A stretch of DNA of 64,000 bases from Candidatus Nomurabacteria bacterium (GCA_023267195.1 JAHFNT010000002.1:87830-151829), one strand, 5' to 3'. Numbered from the stretch's first letter, positions 10,059 to 20,290 are shown. Numbers and translations are program-made. Notes: generated by a model from the sequence alone, not told the origin.

Positions 10059-10475
10059 TTATCGTTTAGACCATTGTGGTGCCTTGCGAGCTTTCTTTAA
10101 TCCAAATTTTCTTCGTTCTTTTGCTCTGGGATCACGTTTCAGAAAACCTAAAGTTTTTAAACCTCCACGCAAAGTAATGTCAGAATCAACGAGAGCCCGA
10201 GAAAGTCCATGGCGAATCGCTTCTGCTTGACTATGTACGCCACCTCCGACAACATGCACCTCCACATTCCATTTAACAGTAGAACCAGTTGGCAACCCTT
10301 TCGCTATTGGATCTAAAATAAGGCGTTGTAATTCATGGGTTTTGAAATATTCTTTGGCATCTTTGTCATTAACTACAAAATGAGACTTAGTGGATTCTGA
10401 AATTCGCACGCGAGCAGTTGAAGTCTTGCGTCGTCCCACAGCCTCAATATATTTTTTTGATGTTTCTTTGTCCAT
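10059..10475 (-). CDS. rpsI: 30S ribosomal protein S9
   Basis: GGGVHSQAEAIRHGLSRAL and the C-terminal ...KKARKAPQWSKR. Confidence 0.95.
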   Translation of the reverse strand: MDKETSKKYIEAVGRRKTSTARVRISESTKSHFVVNDKDAKEYFKTHELQRLILDPIAKGLPTGSTVKWNVEVHVVGGGVHSQAEAIRHGLSRALVDSDITLRGGLKTLGFLKRDPRAKERRKFGLKKARKAPQWSKR

Positions 10476-10476
10476 G

Positions 10477-10842
10477 TTAGTCTTGTATTGTTAAATGTTT
10501 CATCATCACTCGACGTAATTTATTGTCTGGAAGCATTTGAAAAATTGCAAGCTTCACTAATTCTTTAAGCCCTTTCTTCTCTACTGTTTCCACGCCTTTC
10601 ATTGTACGAAGTCCACCCGGAATACCTGAATATCTTTGGTGCTGAATTTCCTCCAATTTCTTGGTTGTAATCTTGAGTTTTGACGCATTCACTACCTTAA
10701 CAGGAAAACCAGAATAAATATTTCTTTCAAAGGTCGCCTTGGTCTTACCCATCAAAGACATGGCGACTTCACTTGCCACTCTTCCTAAGGTTCGTCCTGC
10801 CGCATCGATTGTTTTCATTTCTTTTGTCATTTGTTTTTTCAT
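10477..10842 (-). CDS. rplM: 50S ribosomal protein L13
   Basis: DAAGRTLGRVASEVA...MLPDNKLRRVMMKHL. Sits directly upstream of rpsI. Confidence 0.93.
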   Translation of the reverse strand: MKKQMTKEMKTIDAAGRTLGRVASEVAMSLMGKTKATFERNIYSGFPVKVVNASKLKITTKKLEEIQHQRYSGIPGGLRTMKGVETVEKKGLKELVKLAIFQMLPDNKLRRVMMKHLTIQD

Positions 10843-10861
10843 ACTAAGCTATTTGGCAAAA

Positions 10862-11215
10862 TTATACAAATTCTATAATTGCCATCGGTGCGCCGTCAGA
10901 CTTACGAGCTCCTAATTTTAAAACTCTGGTATAACCACCTTTTTTATCCTTATATTTTGGAGCCAAAACCTCAAAGAGCTTTTTGACCTCCTTACCACCA
11001 TTTGAAAGCTTCGACATTATTACTCGGCGAGTAGCCAAATCACCTTTCTTCGCGTTCGTAATAAGTTTCTCAACAAAAGGACGAAGCTCCTTAGCTTTTG
11101 GTAGAGTTGTTTTTATTTTTTCACGTACGATCAAATTAAGCGCTAAAGAATTGAGGAGCGCGCGCTTCTGTGTCTTGTCTCGTCCGAATTTTCTTACGTT
11201 ATTGTGGTGTCGCAT
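10862..11215 (-). CDS. rplQ: 50S ribosomal protein L17
   Basis: MRHHNNVRKFGRDKTQKRALLNSLALNLIVREKIKTT. Follows rpoA. Confidence 0.93.
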   Translation of the reverse strand: MRHHNNVRKFGRDKTQKRALLNSLALNLIVREKIKTTLPKAKELRPFVEKLITNAKKGDLATRRVIMSKLSNGGKEVKKLFEVLAPKYKDKKGGYTRVLKLGARKSDGAPMAIIEFV

Positions 11216-11216
11216 G

Positions 11217-12197
11217 TTATTCTTTTAAATTCAATCCGAATTTATTTAAAACTTTTTTAATTTCTGTAATCCCTTTTTCGCCGATTCCTTCCACCTCGAG
11301 CAAATCTTCCCTCTTCTTGCGAGCCAAACCGCCAAGCGTGCGTATGTTAGCGCCAGTCAAGGCGTTTAAGGTACGAGTAGAAAGATCTAAACTATCGGTG
11401 CGAGTCTTTAGAACATCCGCAAAATCTGCTCCCTTTTTTTCTTCCTTTTCTTCTTCATTCTCCTCTTCTTTGGAAGATTTTTTACCCACCTTCACCTCTT
11501 CCTCTGGTTCCTTAAAATCTACAATTGCCTTTAGTTGATTGATCATTATTTCGATAGAACGGGTAAGGGCTTCACGAGGAGAAAGCGTGCCATCTGTTTC
11601 AATCGAAATTCTTAAACGATTATGGTTTGTCTTATCGCCAACACGCATATTTTCCACTTCATAAGCCACTCGACGAATCGGTGTAAAAATGGCGTCTACC
11701 GCAATCGTACCCACATCAACTTTCTCTTTTTGAAAAATTTCCTTAGGAATAAAACCTAAGCCCTTTTCAATTTTCATTTCTATATTCAAATTTATTTTGC
11801 CAGTAACCTCGGCAATGTGAAGTTCTGGATTTAAAATTTCAACCTGCCCGCCGGTTTTTATATCTCCAACAGTAACCTCTTTTGGTCCTTTGATAGAAAG
11901 AGTCACCATTTGGGGTTCATCAGACAGCATTTTAAAACGGGCCTTCTTTAAATTGAGAATAACTACAATCACATCTTCTTTAAGTCCTTCAATTGTCTGA
12001 AATTCATGGGTTACTCCATCAATTTTGATAGAAGTAATACTTGCTCCCGGCAAAGAAGATAAAATTATTCTCCTTAAACTATTGCCCAAGGTGTGGCCAT
12101 ATCCTGGATACAAGCCATCTATCTCAAATACCCCCTTATTACCTTCTTCTACTACAATACGAGGCTTGGAAGGCATAATTATTTTATATTCAGGCAT
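11217..12197 (-). CDS. rpoA: DNA-directed RNA polymerase subunit alpha
   Basis: GYGHTLGNSLRRIILSSLPG, plus a C-terminal alpha-CTD helix-hairpin-helix. Confidence 0.95.
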   Translation of the reverse strand: MPEYKIIMPSKPRIVVEEGNKGVFEIDGLYPGYGHTLGNSLRRIILSSLPGASITSIKIDGVTHEFQTIEGLKEDVIVVILNLKKARFKMLSDEPQMVTLSIKGPKEVTVGDIKTGGQVEILNPELHIAEVTGKINLNIEMKIEKGLGFIPKEIFQKEKVDVGTIAVDAIFTPIRRVAYEVENMRVGDKTNHNRLRISIETDGTLSPREALTRSIEIMINQLKAIVDFKEPEEEVKVGKKSSKEEENEEEKEEKKGADFADVLKTRTDSLDLSTRTLNALTGANIRTLGGLARKKREDLLEVEGIGEKGITEIKKVLNKFGLNLKE

Positions 12198-12226
12198 AAA
12201 GATTTAAAAAATTAGTAAATAATAAT

Positions 12227-12829
12227 TTAACGACTATAAAATTCCAAAACCGCATTAAGATCAAGAAAGGTTTCTATATTTTTGGGCTTATCTAAAATAC
12301 GCCCCTCCATAGCACCCACATCAAAAGACATCCAAGATGGGGCGCTATAATCCTTTAATCTGCCTCCTAAATTTTCAAAAATTTTCTTGGCTTTGCTTCC
12401 TTCGCGAATTTTCACCACATCTCCTGGCTTTAATTCATAGGATGGAATAGTAACTCTGTGATTGTTAACAATAAAGTGACCATGAGAGACCATTTGCCTA
12501 GTTGCTCGACGAGAAGCACCCAAGCCCATCCTATAAACAACATTATCTAGGCGAGACTCAAGATTCTCGTAGAGCTTTTCGGCTGTACCAGCCCCCTTGA
12601 TATGAGAAACTTTCTTCACATAATTTGAAAGTTGTCGCTCAGAAATTCCGTACGAAAAGCGTATTTTTTGTTTTTCAATTAACTGAGTCCCGTATTCAGT
12701 CAGAGCTTTGGGACGTTTGCCCCCCGGCAAAGATTTCGTTTGGGATGAAGCAAACTTTGAGGTCTGGCATTTATCGTAAACTCCAGGACCTAACCTTCTA
12801 CAAATTTTAAATTTTGGTTTACTTATCAT
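12227..12829 (-). CDS. rpsD: 30S ribosomal protein S4
   Basis: KFKICRRLGPGVYDKC...SRLDNVVYRMGLGASRRATRQMVSHGHF. Confidence 0.95.
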   Translation of the reverse strand: MISKPKFKICRRLGPGVYDKCQTSKFASSQTKSLPGGKRPKALTEYGTQLIEKQKIRFSYGISERQLSNYVKKVSHIKGAGTAEKLYENLESRLDNVVYRMGLGASRRATRQMVSHGHFIVNNHRVTIPSYELKPGDVVKIREGSKAKKIFENLGGRLKDYSAPSWMSFDVGAMEGRILDKPKNIETFLDLNAVLEFYSR

Positions 12830-12853
12830 ATTTTTTAATCTTCATTTTATAAA

Positions 12854-13303
12854 TTATACTCGCCTAGGCTTTTTGGCTTTGGGTCCATTGTGTGGCACTG
12901 GTGTCGCATCCAATATTGAAGTAATTTCTATGCCATGAGCCATAAAAGCCCGAATGGCTGGTTCCCGTCCAGAACCTACTCCCAAAACAACCACATCGGC
13001 ATCTTTTACTCCAAGCGCTACAGCTTTACCCCCTATAACATCACCGACTTTTGAGGCAGCAAATGGGGTCCCCTTCTTAGCCCCCTTGAACCCGAGCGCT
13101 CCGGCACTCCCCCAAAACAAGGTGTTGCCCAATTTATCTGAAAAAAGAACTTTGGTATTATTAAAAGTCGCTTCCACATGCAAAACACCGGAGGTAATTT
13201 TCTTTTTCGGTGTTTTTGACGGAACTTTTTTTGCATCCTCTGCGTTCGCATTTTCTGTTCCCTCTACTATTTTCTCTTCAGTTGTAATTTTGGTTTTACC
13301 CAT
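12854..13303 (-). CDS. rpsK: 30S ribosomal protein S11
   Basis: GVLHVEATFNNTKVLFSD..GN.LFWGSAG...FKGAKKGTPFAA. Confidence 0.95.
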   Translation of the reverse strand: MGKTKITTEEKIVEGTENANAEDAKKVPSKTPKKKITSGVLHVEATFNNTKVLFSDKLGNTLFWGSAGALGFKGAKKGTPFAASKVGDVIGGKAVALGVKDADVVVLGVGSGREPAIRAFMAHGIEITSILDATPVPHNGPKAKKPRRV

Positions 13304-13338
13304 TAGTGATTCGTAATAATTAATTCTTAATTTATTTC

Positions 13339-13719
13339 TTATGTCTTACTTTCTTTTCTCTTACCAGATGCCATCGTCTTTCTCACATTACCTCTTACTG
13401 TCCTTGAATTGGTTTTAGTGCGTTGCCCCCTGACTGGTAATCTTTTCATGTGTCGAACACCTCGGTAACTTTTTATATCCTTCAATCTTTTGATATTGGC
13501 AGCTATCTCCCTTTTCAAATTTCCCTCAATTGGAATTTTCTCTACAAGTGAACGAATGCTATTCTCCTCATCTAAAGTCAAATCTTTCGCTTTTTTCCCG
13601 CGGTCAATGCCAACTTGATCTAAAATTTTGCGAGCTCGAGAAACTCCAATGCCATAAAGGCAAGTAAGCCCGATCTCAAGTCTCTTTTCATTTGGCACTG
13701 TGATTCCAAGAATTCTCAT
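13339..13719 (-). CDS. rpsM: 30S ribosomal protein S13
   Basis: MRILGITVPNEKRLEIGLTCLYGIG...YRGVRHMKRLPVRGQRT. Confidence 0.95.
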   Translation of the reverse strand: MRILGITVPNEKRLEIGLTCLYGIGVSRARKILDQVGIDRGKKAKDLTLDEENSIRSLVEKIPIEGNLKREIAANIKRLKDIKSYRGVRHMKRLPVRGQRTKTNSRTVRGNVRKTMASGKRKESKT

Positions 13720-13722
13720 AAA

Positions 13723-13833
13723 TTATTGTTTTTGTTTATGTTTAGGGTTGGAGCAAATTATTCTCAAATGCCTGGCTCGTCTGACCATTTTACAATTATC
13801 ACAAATTTTTTTTATTGATGCTTTTATTTTCAT
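13723..13833 (-). CDS. rpmJ: 50S ribosomal protein L36
   Basis: A 36-aa ORF found by hand (not in the ORF track): [36 protein letters not shown]. It sits at the canonical position between infA and rpsM. Confidence 0.85.
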   Translation of the reverse strand: MKIKASIKKICDNCKMVRRARHLRIICSNPKHKQKQ

Positions 13834-13967
13834 AAAAAATTTAAAAAAGACACAAGAAAGACCACAGACATAAGAAAAACAAGGAAAAACCCTTATTTTT
13901 CATAACTATAACTTTTTAAAAACTGCAGTTAGTATGATACACTATTATTAAAAAAATTACAACCCCA

Positions 13968-14213
13968 CTATAACCTTTTGATTATCCGACCCTTCCCCCC
14001 ATAAGAATCAAGTACGACTTCGACCCCATCTCCGATTAGAACTTTGATTCTATGCATTCTCATTTTTCCACCCAAATATGCCAGAATTTCTTTTTGATTT
14101 TCTTTATTTTCCTCTTTGGGTTCACCTATCCTAACCCTAAATAAAGTGCTGGGTAATGCCTCAGTGACAACTCCCCTAACTGTCACAATTTTTTCATTTC
14201 TTCGATCGCTCAT
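13968..14213 (-). CDS. infA: translation initiation factor IF-1
   Basis: 81 aa with an S1-like fold: GVVTEALPSTLFRVRI...HRIKVLIGDGVEV. Confidence 0.93.
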   Translation of the reverse strand: MSDRRNEKIVTVRGVVTEALPSTLFRVRIGEPKEENKENQKEILAYLGGKMRMHRIKVLIGDGVEVVLDSYGGKGRIIKRL

Positions 14214-14268
14214 GTATAGACTTGAATTATAATAAAATTAAAAATTTATGTCAATCAATTAATCAGAA

Positions 14269-15570
14269 CTATCTCGGATTATTGATCGTAACTTTAATAT
14301 TTTCAATTTTATCTGGGATACGCTTTATCCAGGGAAAGCTGATCTTGAGCAACGCAGAATCTATATTAGGATACTGCGACAATATACTGCCAAAATCCTT
14401 TTTGGGTTTTCCAGACAAATCAGCTATAAATTTATTTATATCCAAACTCCAGACAATTTTTACAGAACCCGATAATGTAAAATTGATCTCTTTCAAATTC
14501 ACAAAAGAAATATTGTCCTTGTTGGCAAGCGTGAAAGCGATATTTCCAATATTTGGTATATAAACTTCACTACCGTCATATTTTTCTATATTGTTTTCAG
14601 CGATTTTCTTGGTAAGTTTTTGTTCGTTAAATAAAACACCATAAAGAGTGCCTTTCTCGGTCAAAATGGCTCGACCATCATCACTGATAGACGATAAAAT
14701 ATTGGAGTCGTCTATGCTTAAGAAAACTGCCCCCTTGAATAAAATAAAACCGCCGGGAATCTGGTCGGTTGCTTTTTTAAACAATTTTGCCTGAAGATTT
14801 GCTCTTAAGGTCTTTATGGCGGTCTCCTTATCAGTATCTCTAATGGCTGGAATTTTACCCTTGAATCCTCCGATTATTTCTCCCTTTGACCTGCCGTAAA
14901 ACTTAGAATATTTAGGTGTTCCCTTGAAACCCAAAATTTTAAAGTCAAGAGGGAGACTATTGTATTCTTCTCCTGCCTCGCTTCCATAAACCTTTACTTC
15001 AACCGACCCAGGGGTACCATCTTTTTTCATACCTGGTACAACTATTTTTGTCTGCGTTTTATAAATCTTTCCATTGGAACCTTCCAATCTTGTATCAACA
15101 CTAAGCGCTTGTGTAGATGAATTGAAAGCATTATAAATGACGACTACCCCTTTTGCATATTCTTTAGCATCTTTCTCCCCTGCCGCATTCACTACCAAGG
15201 TTTCTTCATCAGAAATACTCATTAAATCAAAAAATAAACCACTATTGTTTGAATCATTACTAGCAAATAAATTTTCATTCAAAACTATGTCTTTTGTCTT
15301 TAAATCCACAGAAATTTCTGCTTTAGAAAATAAAAAAGAAAAGGCAAACAGACAAAACACTACGGAGACAAATGCGAGGCACCAAAGCATATAACGAGAT
15401 CTGCTTTTCGCACGATCCATTACTGTATTTTCTGTTACTATATATTGCGAAGTTTTTTTGACTGTATTTTCTTTAAATTGAAACTGGTTCTCTCGTTTTT
15501 CAGTCACAACCTGGTTCCTAGATTTTTGTGTCGGATGCCTTACCATATCTTGTATTAAATGTTTAGGCAT
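14269..15570 (-). CDS. hypothetical membrane-anchored protein (one N-proximal TM helix, large extracytoplasmic domain)
   Basis: TM segment MLWCLAFVSVVFCLFAFSFLF and no recognisable motif. It occupies the position where secY-adk-map would normally precede infA. Confidence 0.45.
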   Translation of the reverse strand: MPKHLIQDMVRHPTQKSRNQVVTEKRENQFQFKENTVKKTSQYIVTENTVMDRAKSRSRYMLWCLAFVSVVFCLFAFSFLFSKAEISVDLKTKDIVLNENLFASNDSNNSGLFFDLMSISDEETLVVNAAGEKDAKEYAKGVVVIYNAFNSSTQALSVDTRLEGSNGKIYKTQTKIVVPGMKKDGTPGSVEVKVYGSEAGEEYNSLPLDFKILGFKGTPKYSKFYGRSKGEIIGGFKGKIPAIRDTDKETAIKTLRANLQAKLFKKATDQIPGGFILFKGAVFLSIDDSNILSSISDDGRAILTEKGTLYGVLFNEQKLTKKIAENNIEKYDGSEVYIPNIGNIAFTLANKDNISFVNLKEINFTLSGSVKIVWSLDINKFIADLSGKPKKDFGSILSQYPNIDSALLKISFPWIKRIPDKIENIKVTINNPR

Positions 15571-15574
15571 GGTT

Positions 15575-16783
15575 TTATCTCGTATTCAAAAAACGGTTAA
15601 TGTAAATTGAATCAACAACCAGAAAAGGTTCCCTGACTATATCTTTTTCAAATTCTGCAATTCCATGGAATACTTCCATATTTAAGAAAACCAAGTCAAA
15701 TTTTGATTCAGTGAGAGTATATTGGCTGAATTGTTCTGTTTTAATTGTTTCGGAAAAAAATTCAGATAAATCCTTGCCCATATCTATATAAATGGTCGCG
15801 GGAATGGATATGTCGTTTGAAAGATTGGCTAAAGATTCTTGAAAATTTTTCAGCCATTCCTTTTTCAACTCCCCAATAACCAAAGCAAGTTTTTTGCCTG
15901 TAGACTCTAGAGCATGCCCATCCTTAAAAAGAGAAATTAGGGAATTAGCCTCGCCTAAACTGCAATTAAGCTGCTCGGCAACGCCACGAGTAAAAAAATT
16001 ACAACCAATAGGAAAGGAAATCGATTCGCGTAAAGTATTTTTCTTAATCATCGAAATATCTGTTACTTCTCCGCCAATATAAACCAAAAGGAAATTTTCT
16101 TTCTGCGGAAAGATATCGCGCACTACACTGAAAGTAGCCATAGTAAAAGAAGAGAATTTTATATTTTCAAAATGAAAGCACTTCGCCACTGTATCTTCTA
16201 TTTTTTTCAGCATTTGCTCCCCGCTGATAGAAACAAAAATAGTCATTTCTAGTTCTTTAGCTTTTTGATTCAAAAGATCTACAGTTTCATACCCATTCAA
16301 GCTGGTCTTGATATTCTTAAGTTCAATAGCACGAACCTTATCACTGGTGTTGGTATATTTCAACAAATTTTCCTCCTCAAAGAGCTTTATTTCCTTTTGG
16401 ATCAGATCATCGGCTAGTGCTTTAGTAAATACGAAGGGTGTATTTTTTTTGAGAGTAATGATGCGCGTCTGGGAAACAAGCCAAGGCGAAGAGAGAGCGC
16501 AAAAAATCTTTTTCGGAGCGCCAATTTTAGCTTGATATATTTTTTCTACAACAACTTGGAGGGATTCTATCGCGAGAGAAAGTGTTTTGTTGATATCAAT
16601 TTTTTCCTCAATTCTTATCGGCTCTTGAGCGGAAAAAACTATTTTAGGCACCCCAGAACTTCTCGCATAAAAAAGCGCCCCTCCCACAAAGGAAGAACCT
16701 ATATTAAAGACCAAAATTAATTCATCTTGTTTTTGGGAGCCAGAAAAAACACTCATAGGGTAAGTATAACAAAAAAATAACAA
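15575..16783 (-). CDS. actin-like ATPase, FtsA/PilM family (putative)
   Basis: VFNIGSSFVGGALF (phosphate-1-like), LLVYIGGEVTDISMIKKNTL (phosphate-2/DxGxxTTD-like), and SFPIGCNFFTRGVAEQL. The true start may be an internal Met. Confidence 0.4.
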   Translation of the reverse strand: MLFFCYTYPMSVFSGSQKQDELILVFNIGSSFVGGALFYARSSGVPKIVFSAQEPIRIEEKIDINKTLSLAIESLQVVVEKIYQAKIGAPKKIFCALSSPWLVSQTRIITLKKNTPFVFTKALADDLIQKEIKLFEEENLLKYTNTSDKVRAIELKNIKTSLNGYETVDLLNQKAKELEMTIFVSISGEQMLKKIEDTVAKCFHFENIKFSSFTMATFSVVRDIFPQKENFLLVYIGGEVTDISMIKKNTLRESISFPIGCNFFTRGVAEQLNCSLGEANSLISLFKDGHALESTGKKLALVIGELKKEWLKNFQESLANLSNDISIPATIYIDMGKDLSEFFSETIKTEQFSQYTLTESKFDLVFLNMEVFHGIAEFEKDIVREPFLVVDSIYINRFLNTR

Positions 16784-16788
16784 AGAAA

Positions 16789-18567
16789 CTACAAGAGTAC
16801 AGCTTTAATGCGTCTAATTCCCTGCGCAACTGCTTCTTCTTTTTGAATTTTGAAAGGACCACTATCCCTCGAACTATCTCGGGATGAAAAATCCAGCTCC
16901 GCTGTATTTTTCACATGCGGACCACCGCAAAATTCTTTTGAAACTGCCTTGCCATTTTCATCTTCTATGAAATACACGGAAACAGTATCGGCATATTTTG
17001 CCCCGAATTCCATTTCTGCTCCTATACTTTTTGCCTCATCAAGCGACATCTCCCGGCGAATGACATTAAGTCCTTTTTTAATTTTATCATTTACCCAATC
17101 TTCCACTTTTTTCTTTTCCTCCTCAGTTAACTTGTGATCACATAGAAAATCTATACGCAAACGCTCCTCAGTAATATTACTTCCTCTTTGTTTAATAGTT
17201 GGACTCACTACTGATTGCAAACCAGCCAGAAGCAAGTGATGGGCAGTGTGAAGTCTAATAGTTTTTTCATTGTGATTTGCAAGTCCACCTTTGAACATTC
17301 CAGCGGAAGCAGTATGAGAAAGTTTTTGATGCTCAGACATCTTTTTATGAAAATCTTCCAGATCAACCTCAATTCCCTTCTCCTTCGCCAGTTCTAAAGT
17401 TAATTCAATAGGGAAACCATACGTCGTCGCTAAAATAAAAGGATCAATCCCTTTTTCGAACTCTTTATTCCCCCGCTCTAAAGCCTTATGAAATTTTTCT
17501 TCTTCATCCCCCATTTCTTTTTTAATAAAATCACATTGTTGTTCTATATTTGGATAAATGTGTTTATATTTTTTTAATATTTCGTCCATAACCTGGAATA
17601 AACAATGATTCTGAGAACCCACACGATCACCATAATAAACAGCTCGACGAATAAGCCTGCGCAAGACATAACCTTGATCCTTATTTCCCGGTATAACACC
17701 ATCTGAAATTAAAAAAATAGCGCTCCTTATGTGGTCTGCAATAATTCTGGCTGATTTCTCATCATATTTTGCAGAATTCTTTTTAATTAATTCTATAACC
17801 GAATCAAAAACATCCGTTTCATAAATACTTTTTTTCCCCTGCACAACAGTGGTTACTCTTTCTAACCCAGCCCCAGTGTCTACATTTCTTTCTGGAAGTT
17901 CGCCAGCTACTTTTCCATTTTCCTGTTTATAAGCCATGAAAACATCATTCCATATCTCAACAACTTTTTGTTCATCTTCAGCTTTTTCAAAATCTTCTTG
18001 ATTCATATCACCCAATACTCCAGTCAAATCATAAAACATTTCGGTTGATGGACCCGCCGGTGAATTTAATCCGGCACTCCACCAATTAGACTTAGAACTT
18101 TTAAAATATATTCTGTGCTCAGGAATCCCGAGTGACTTCCATATCTCAACTGATTCTACGTCGCGAGGCACTACATCACTTCCACCGAAAACAGTAATAT
18201 AAAGACGAAATACATCTAAACCAAGACCCTCTTCTTTTGAAGTTAAAAAATCATAACTCCACTTTATTGCTTCTTCTTTAAAATAATCTCCGAGAGACCA
18301 ATTACCCATCATTTCAAAAAAAGTTAAATGCGTGGCGTCACCAACTTCATCTAGATCAATCGTGCGAACACATTTTTGAATATTTACAAGACGTTTACCA
18401 TCTGGATGTTTTTCTCCTAAAAGATATGGCATTAATGGCTGCATTCCTGCAATATTAAAAAGTACGGACGGATCATTTTGAGGCACCAAAGAAGCCGAAG
18501 GAATTATTTTGTGCCCCCGTTTTTCAAAAAATTTTAAAAATCGTGCTCGAATCTCATCTGACTGCAT
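16789..18567 (-). CDS. alaS: alanine--tRNA ligase, truncated form (catalytic plus editing domains, no C-terminal domain)
   Basis: N-terminus RARFLKFFEKRGHKIIPSASLVPQNDPSVLF. Editing-site HTAHHLL is present. Only 592 aa. Confidence 0.9.
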   Translation of the reverse strand: MQSDEIRARFLKFFEKRGHKIIPSASLVPQNDPSVLFNIAGMQPLMPYLLGEKHPDGKRLVNIQKCVRTIDLDEVGDATHLTFFEMMGNWSLGDYFKEEAIKWSYDFLTSKEEGLGLDVFRLYITVFGGSDVVPRDVESVEIWKSLGIPEHRIYFKSSKSNWWSAGLNSPAGPSTEMFYDLTGVLGDMNQEDFEKAEDEQKVVEIWNDVFMAYKQENGKVAGELPERNVDTGAGLERVTTVVQGKKSIYETDVFDSVIELIKKNSAKYDEKSARIIADHIRSAIFLISDGVIPGNKDQGYVLRRLIRRAVYYGDRVGSQNHCLFQVMDEILKKYKHIYPNIEQQCDFIKKEMGDEEEKFHKALERGNKEFEKGIDPFILATTYGFPIELTLELAKEKGIEVDLEDFHKKMSEHQKLSHTASAGMFKGGLANHNEKTIRLHTAHHLLLAGLQSVVSPTIKQRGSNITEERLRIDFLCDHKLTEEEKKKVEDWVNDKIKKGLNVIRREMSLDEAKSIGAEMEFGAKYADTVSVYFIEDENGKAVSKEFCGGPHVKNTAELDFSSRDSSRDSGPFKIQKEEAVAQGIRRIKAVLL

Positions 18568-18573
18568 ATTGCT

Positions 18574-19011
18574 TTAATTTATATCAGGCTGATCTATTTC
18601 GTTAGAAATTTTTCTGATAGGCTTTTCAAATATATTTACTATTACAAAAACAAAGAGCACTAGAACTGTGGAAATAATTGCAAGCCCATAAAATCCAAAC
18701 CCCGCAGCCATACCTATGCCAGCCGTCACCCAAAGGCCTCCGGCGGTAGTCAGTCCAAGCACGCGTGACCCCTGGAGCATAATAGAACCTGCACCTAAAA
18801 ACCCTATTCCAATAATTACTTGTGAGGCAATTCTAGTGGGATCAAAACCTCCAATAGCGGAATACTTAATAGCGATTAATTCTGAAATCATAACAAACAA
18901 AGCCGACCCCAAAGACACTAAGGCGTGTGTTTTCATACCGGGTTCTTTGTGGACAAAGAGCCTCTCTGCCCCTATCAGCATTCCAAGCCCAAGGGATATT
19001 AATAATCTCAT
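18574..19011 (-). CDS. mgtC: MgtC/SapB family membrane protein
   Basis: LIGAERLFVHK, THALVSLGSALF and DPTRIASQVIIGIGFLGAG. Start set at the internal ATG (MRLLISL) to avoid overlap with mnmA. Confidence 0.75.
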   Translation of the reverse strand: MRLLISLGLGMLIGAERLFVHKEPGMKTHALVSLGSALFVMISELIAIKYSAIGGFDPTRIASQVIIGIGFLGAGSIMLQGSRVLGLTTAGGLWVTAGIGMAAGFGFYGLAIISTVLVLFVFVIVNIFEKPIRKISNEIDQPDIN

Positions 19012-19054
19012 AACAATTTCACTATTTTGCGTAAAAAATTGTATCATCCTTTTA

Positions 19055-20212
19055 TTATACAACAACTCCTCCTCCCAAACAAATATTATCGTCATACACA
19101 ACAATCGATTGACCTGAAGCCACTAATACTGGATTAGAAAAAATTATCACAGCTGTATTTTTTGAAAGCAGTTTCACTTTGCATGGAAAATATTCTCCAT
19201 GATATCTGATCTGTGCTGTATAACTTTTTTGTGAATCTGGGGTTTTCGAAATCCAATTAGTGTTTTGGATTTGTATTTCTGGCCTCCCTTGATAAGGGGA
19301 GGTCGGGAGGGGTTTTTTAGACACAACCCCCTTCGCCCCCTTGTCAGGGGGAAATTGCGACACTACCAAAATATTTTTCTTAGTATCTTTCGCCACTATG
19401 TAATATGCCCCATCACTTGGACTTTTTTTTGTAATCGTGAACCCATGCCGTTCACCTAAAGTATGAAACACGACTCCATCATGGTAGCCAATCTCTTCAC
19501 CTAATTCATTGAAAACTTTACCTTTTCTCTCTTCAATATAATGCTTTAAAAATTCTTTCAGGTCCACCGCACCCAAAAAGCAAATACCTTGGCTGTCTTT
19601 TTTGGTAGCAACTGGTATTTTGAATTTTTTTGCAAGTCTGCGAACCTCTGTTTTTTTTAGATTGCCAATCGGAAACAAAATTTTACTTAATTGCTCCTGC
19701 CCGAGCGTCCAAAGAAAATAACTTTGATCTTTGGATGGATCAATACTTTTCAGCAAAAAAAATTCTTCGGTGTTTTTTGAGTGGTCTGGTGACTTCACCC
19801 GAGGACCCGAGAAAAATACTGAAGAATTTTTTTTGCCTGCATAGTGCCCAGTTGCCACAAAATCTGCACCCATGGCAAGCGCTTTTTTTAGAAAGGCGCC
19901 GAACTTTACCTCTTTATTACACATCACATCTGGATTGGGTGTTCGTCCAACTTTATATTCACGAATCATGTAATCCGCCACTTCTTTTTTGTAAACATCT
20001 TCAAAATCAAAAGTAAGAAACGGAATATCCAAAAAAGCGGCTACCCGCATCGCATCGCGACGTTCTTCTTCTTCGTTGCACTCTAAAAAGTCTGGGTGCC
20101 AAGTTTTAATAAAAACTCCGACAACCTCATAACCATCTTTTTTTAGGAGGAGAGCAGACACGGCGCTATCTACTCCGCCAGAAAGCCCCACAAATACAAT
20201 ATTCTTTTTCAT
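19055..20212 (-). CDS. mnmA: tRNA-specific 2-thiouridylase MnmA
   Basis: VGLSGGVDSAV (PP-loop), ATGHYA, and C-terminal ...GQSIVVYDDNICLGGGVV. Carries an in-frame GC-rich insertion (see repeat 19285-19352). Confidence 0.9.
   Translation of the reverse strand: MKKNIVFVGLSGGVDSAVSALLLKKDGYEVVGVFIKTWHPDFLECNEEEERRDAMRVAAFLDIPFLTFDFEDVYKKEVADYMIREYKVGRTPNPDVMCNKEVKFGAFLKKALAMGADFVATGHYAGKKNSSVFFSGPRVKSPDHSKNTEEFFLLKSIDPSKDQSYFLWTLGQEQLSKILFPIGNLKKTEVRRLAKKFKIPVATKKDSQGICFLGAVDLKEFLKHYIEERKGKVFNELGEEIGYHDGVVFHTLGERHGFTITKKSPSDGAYYIVAKDTKKNILVVSQFPPDKGAKGVVSKKPLPTSPYQGRPEIQIQNTNWISKTPDSQKSYTAQIRYHGEYFPCKVKLLSKNTAVIIFSNPVLVASGQSIVVYDDNICLGGGVVV
19285..19352. repeat. GC-rich hairpin repeat cluster (CCTCCC..GGGAGG; CCCTTCGCCCCC-TTGTCA-GGGGG), in-frame inside mnmA (encodes FPPDKGAKGVVSKKPLPTSPYQGRP)
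   Basis: Related to the intergenic copies at 23171-23212 and 35343-35362 (shared CCCTTCGCCC and CCCCTG(A/T)CAGGGG cores). Confidence 0.55.
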
Positions 20213-20290
20213 AAAATCAAAATAAGTTACTTTTTTGAATGGTCTGGGGATTTTTTCCAAGGACCTGAGAAAAAGTAATTTATTTTGATA

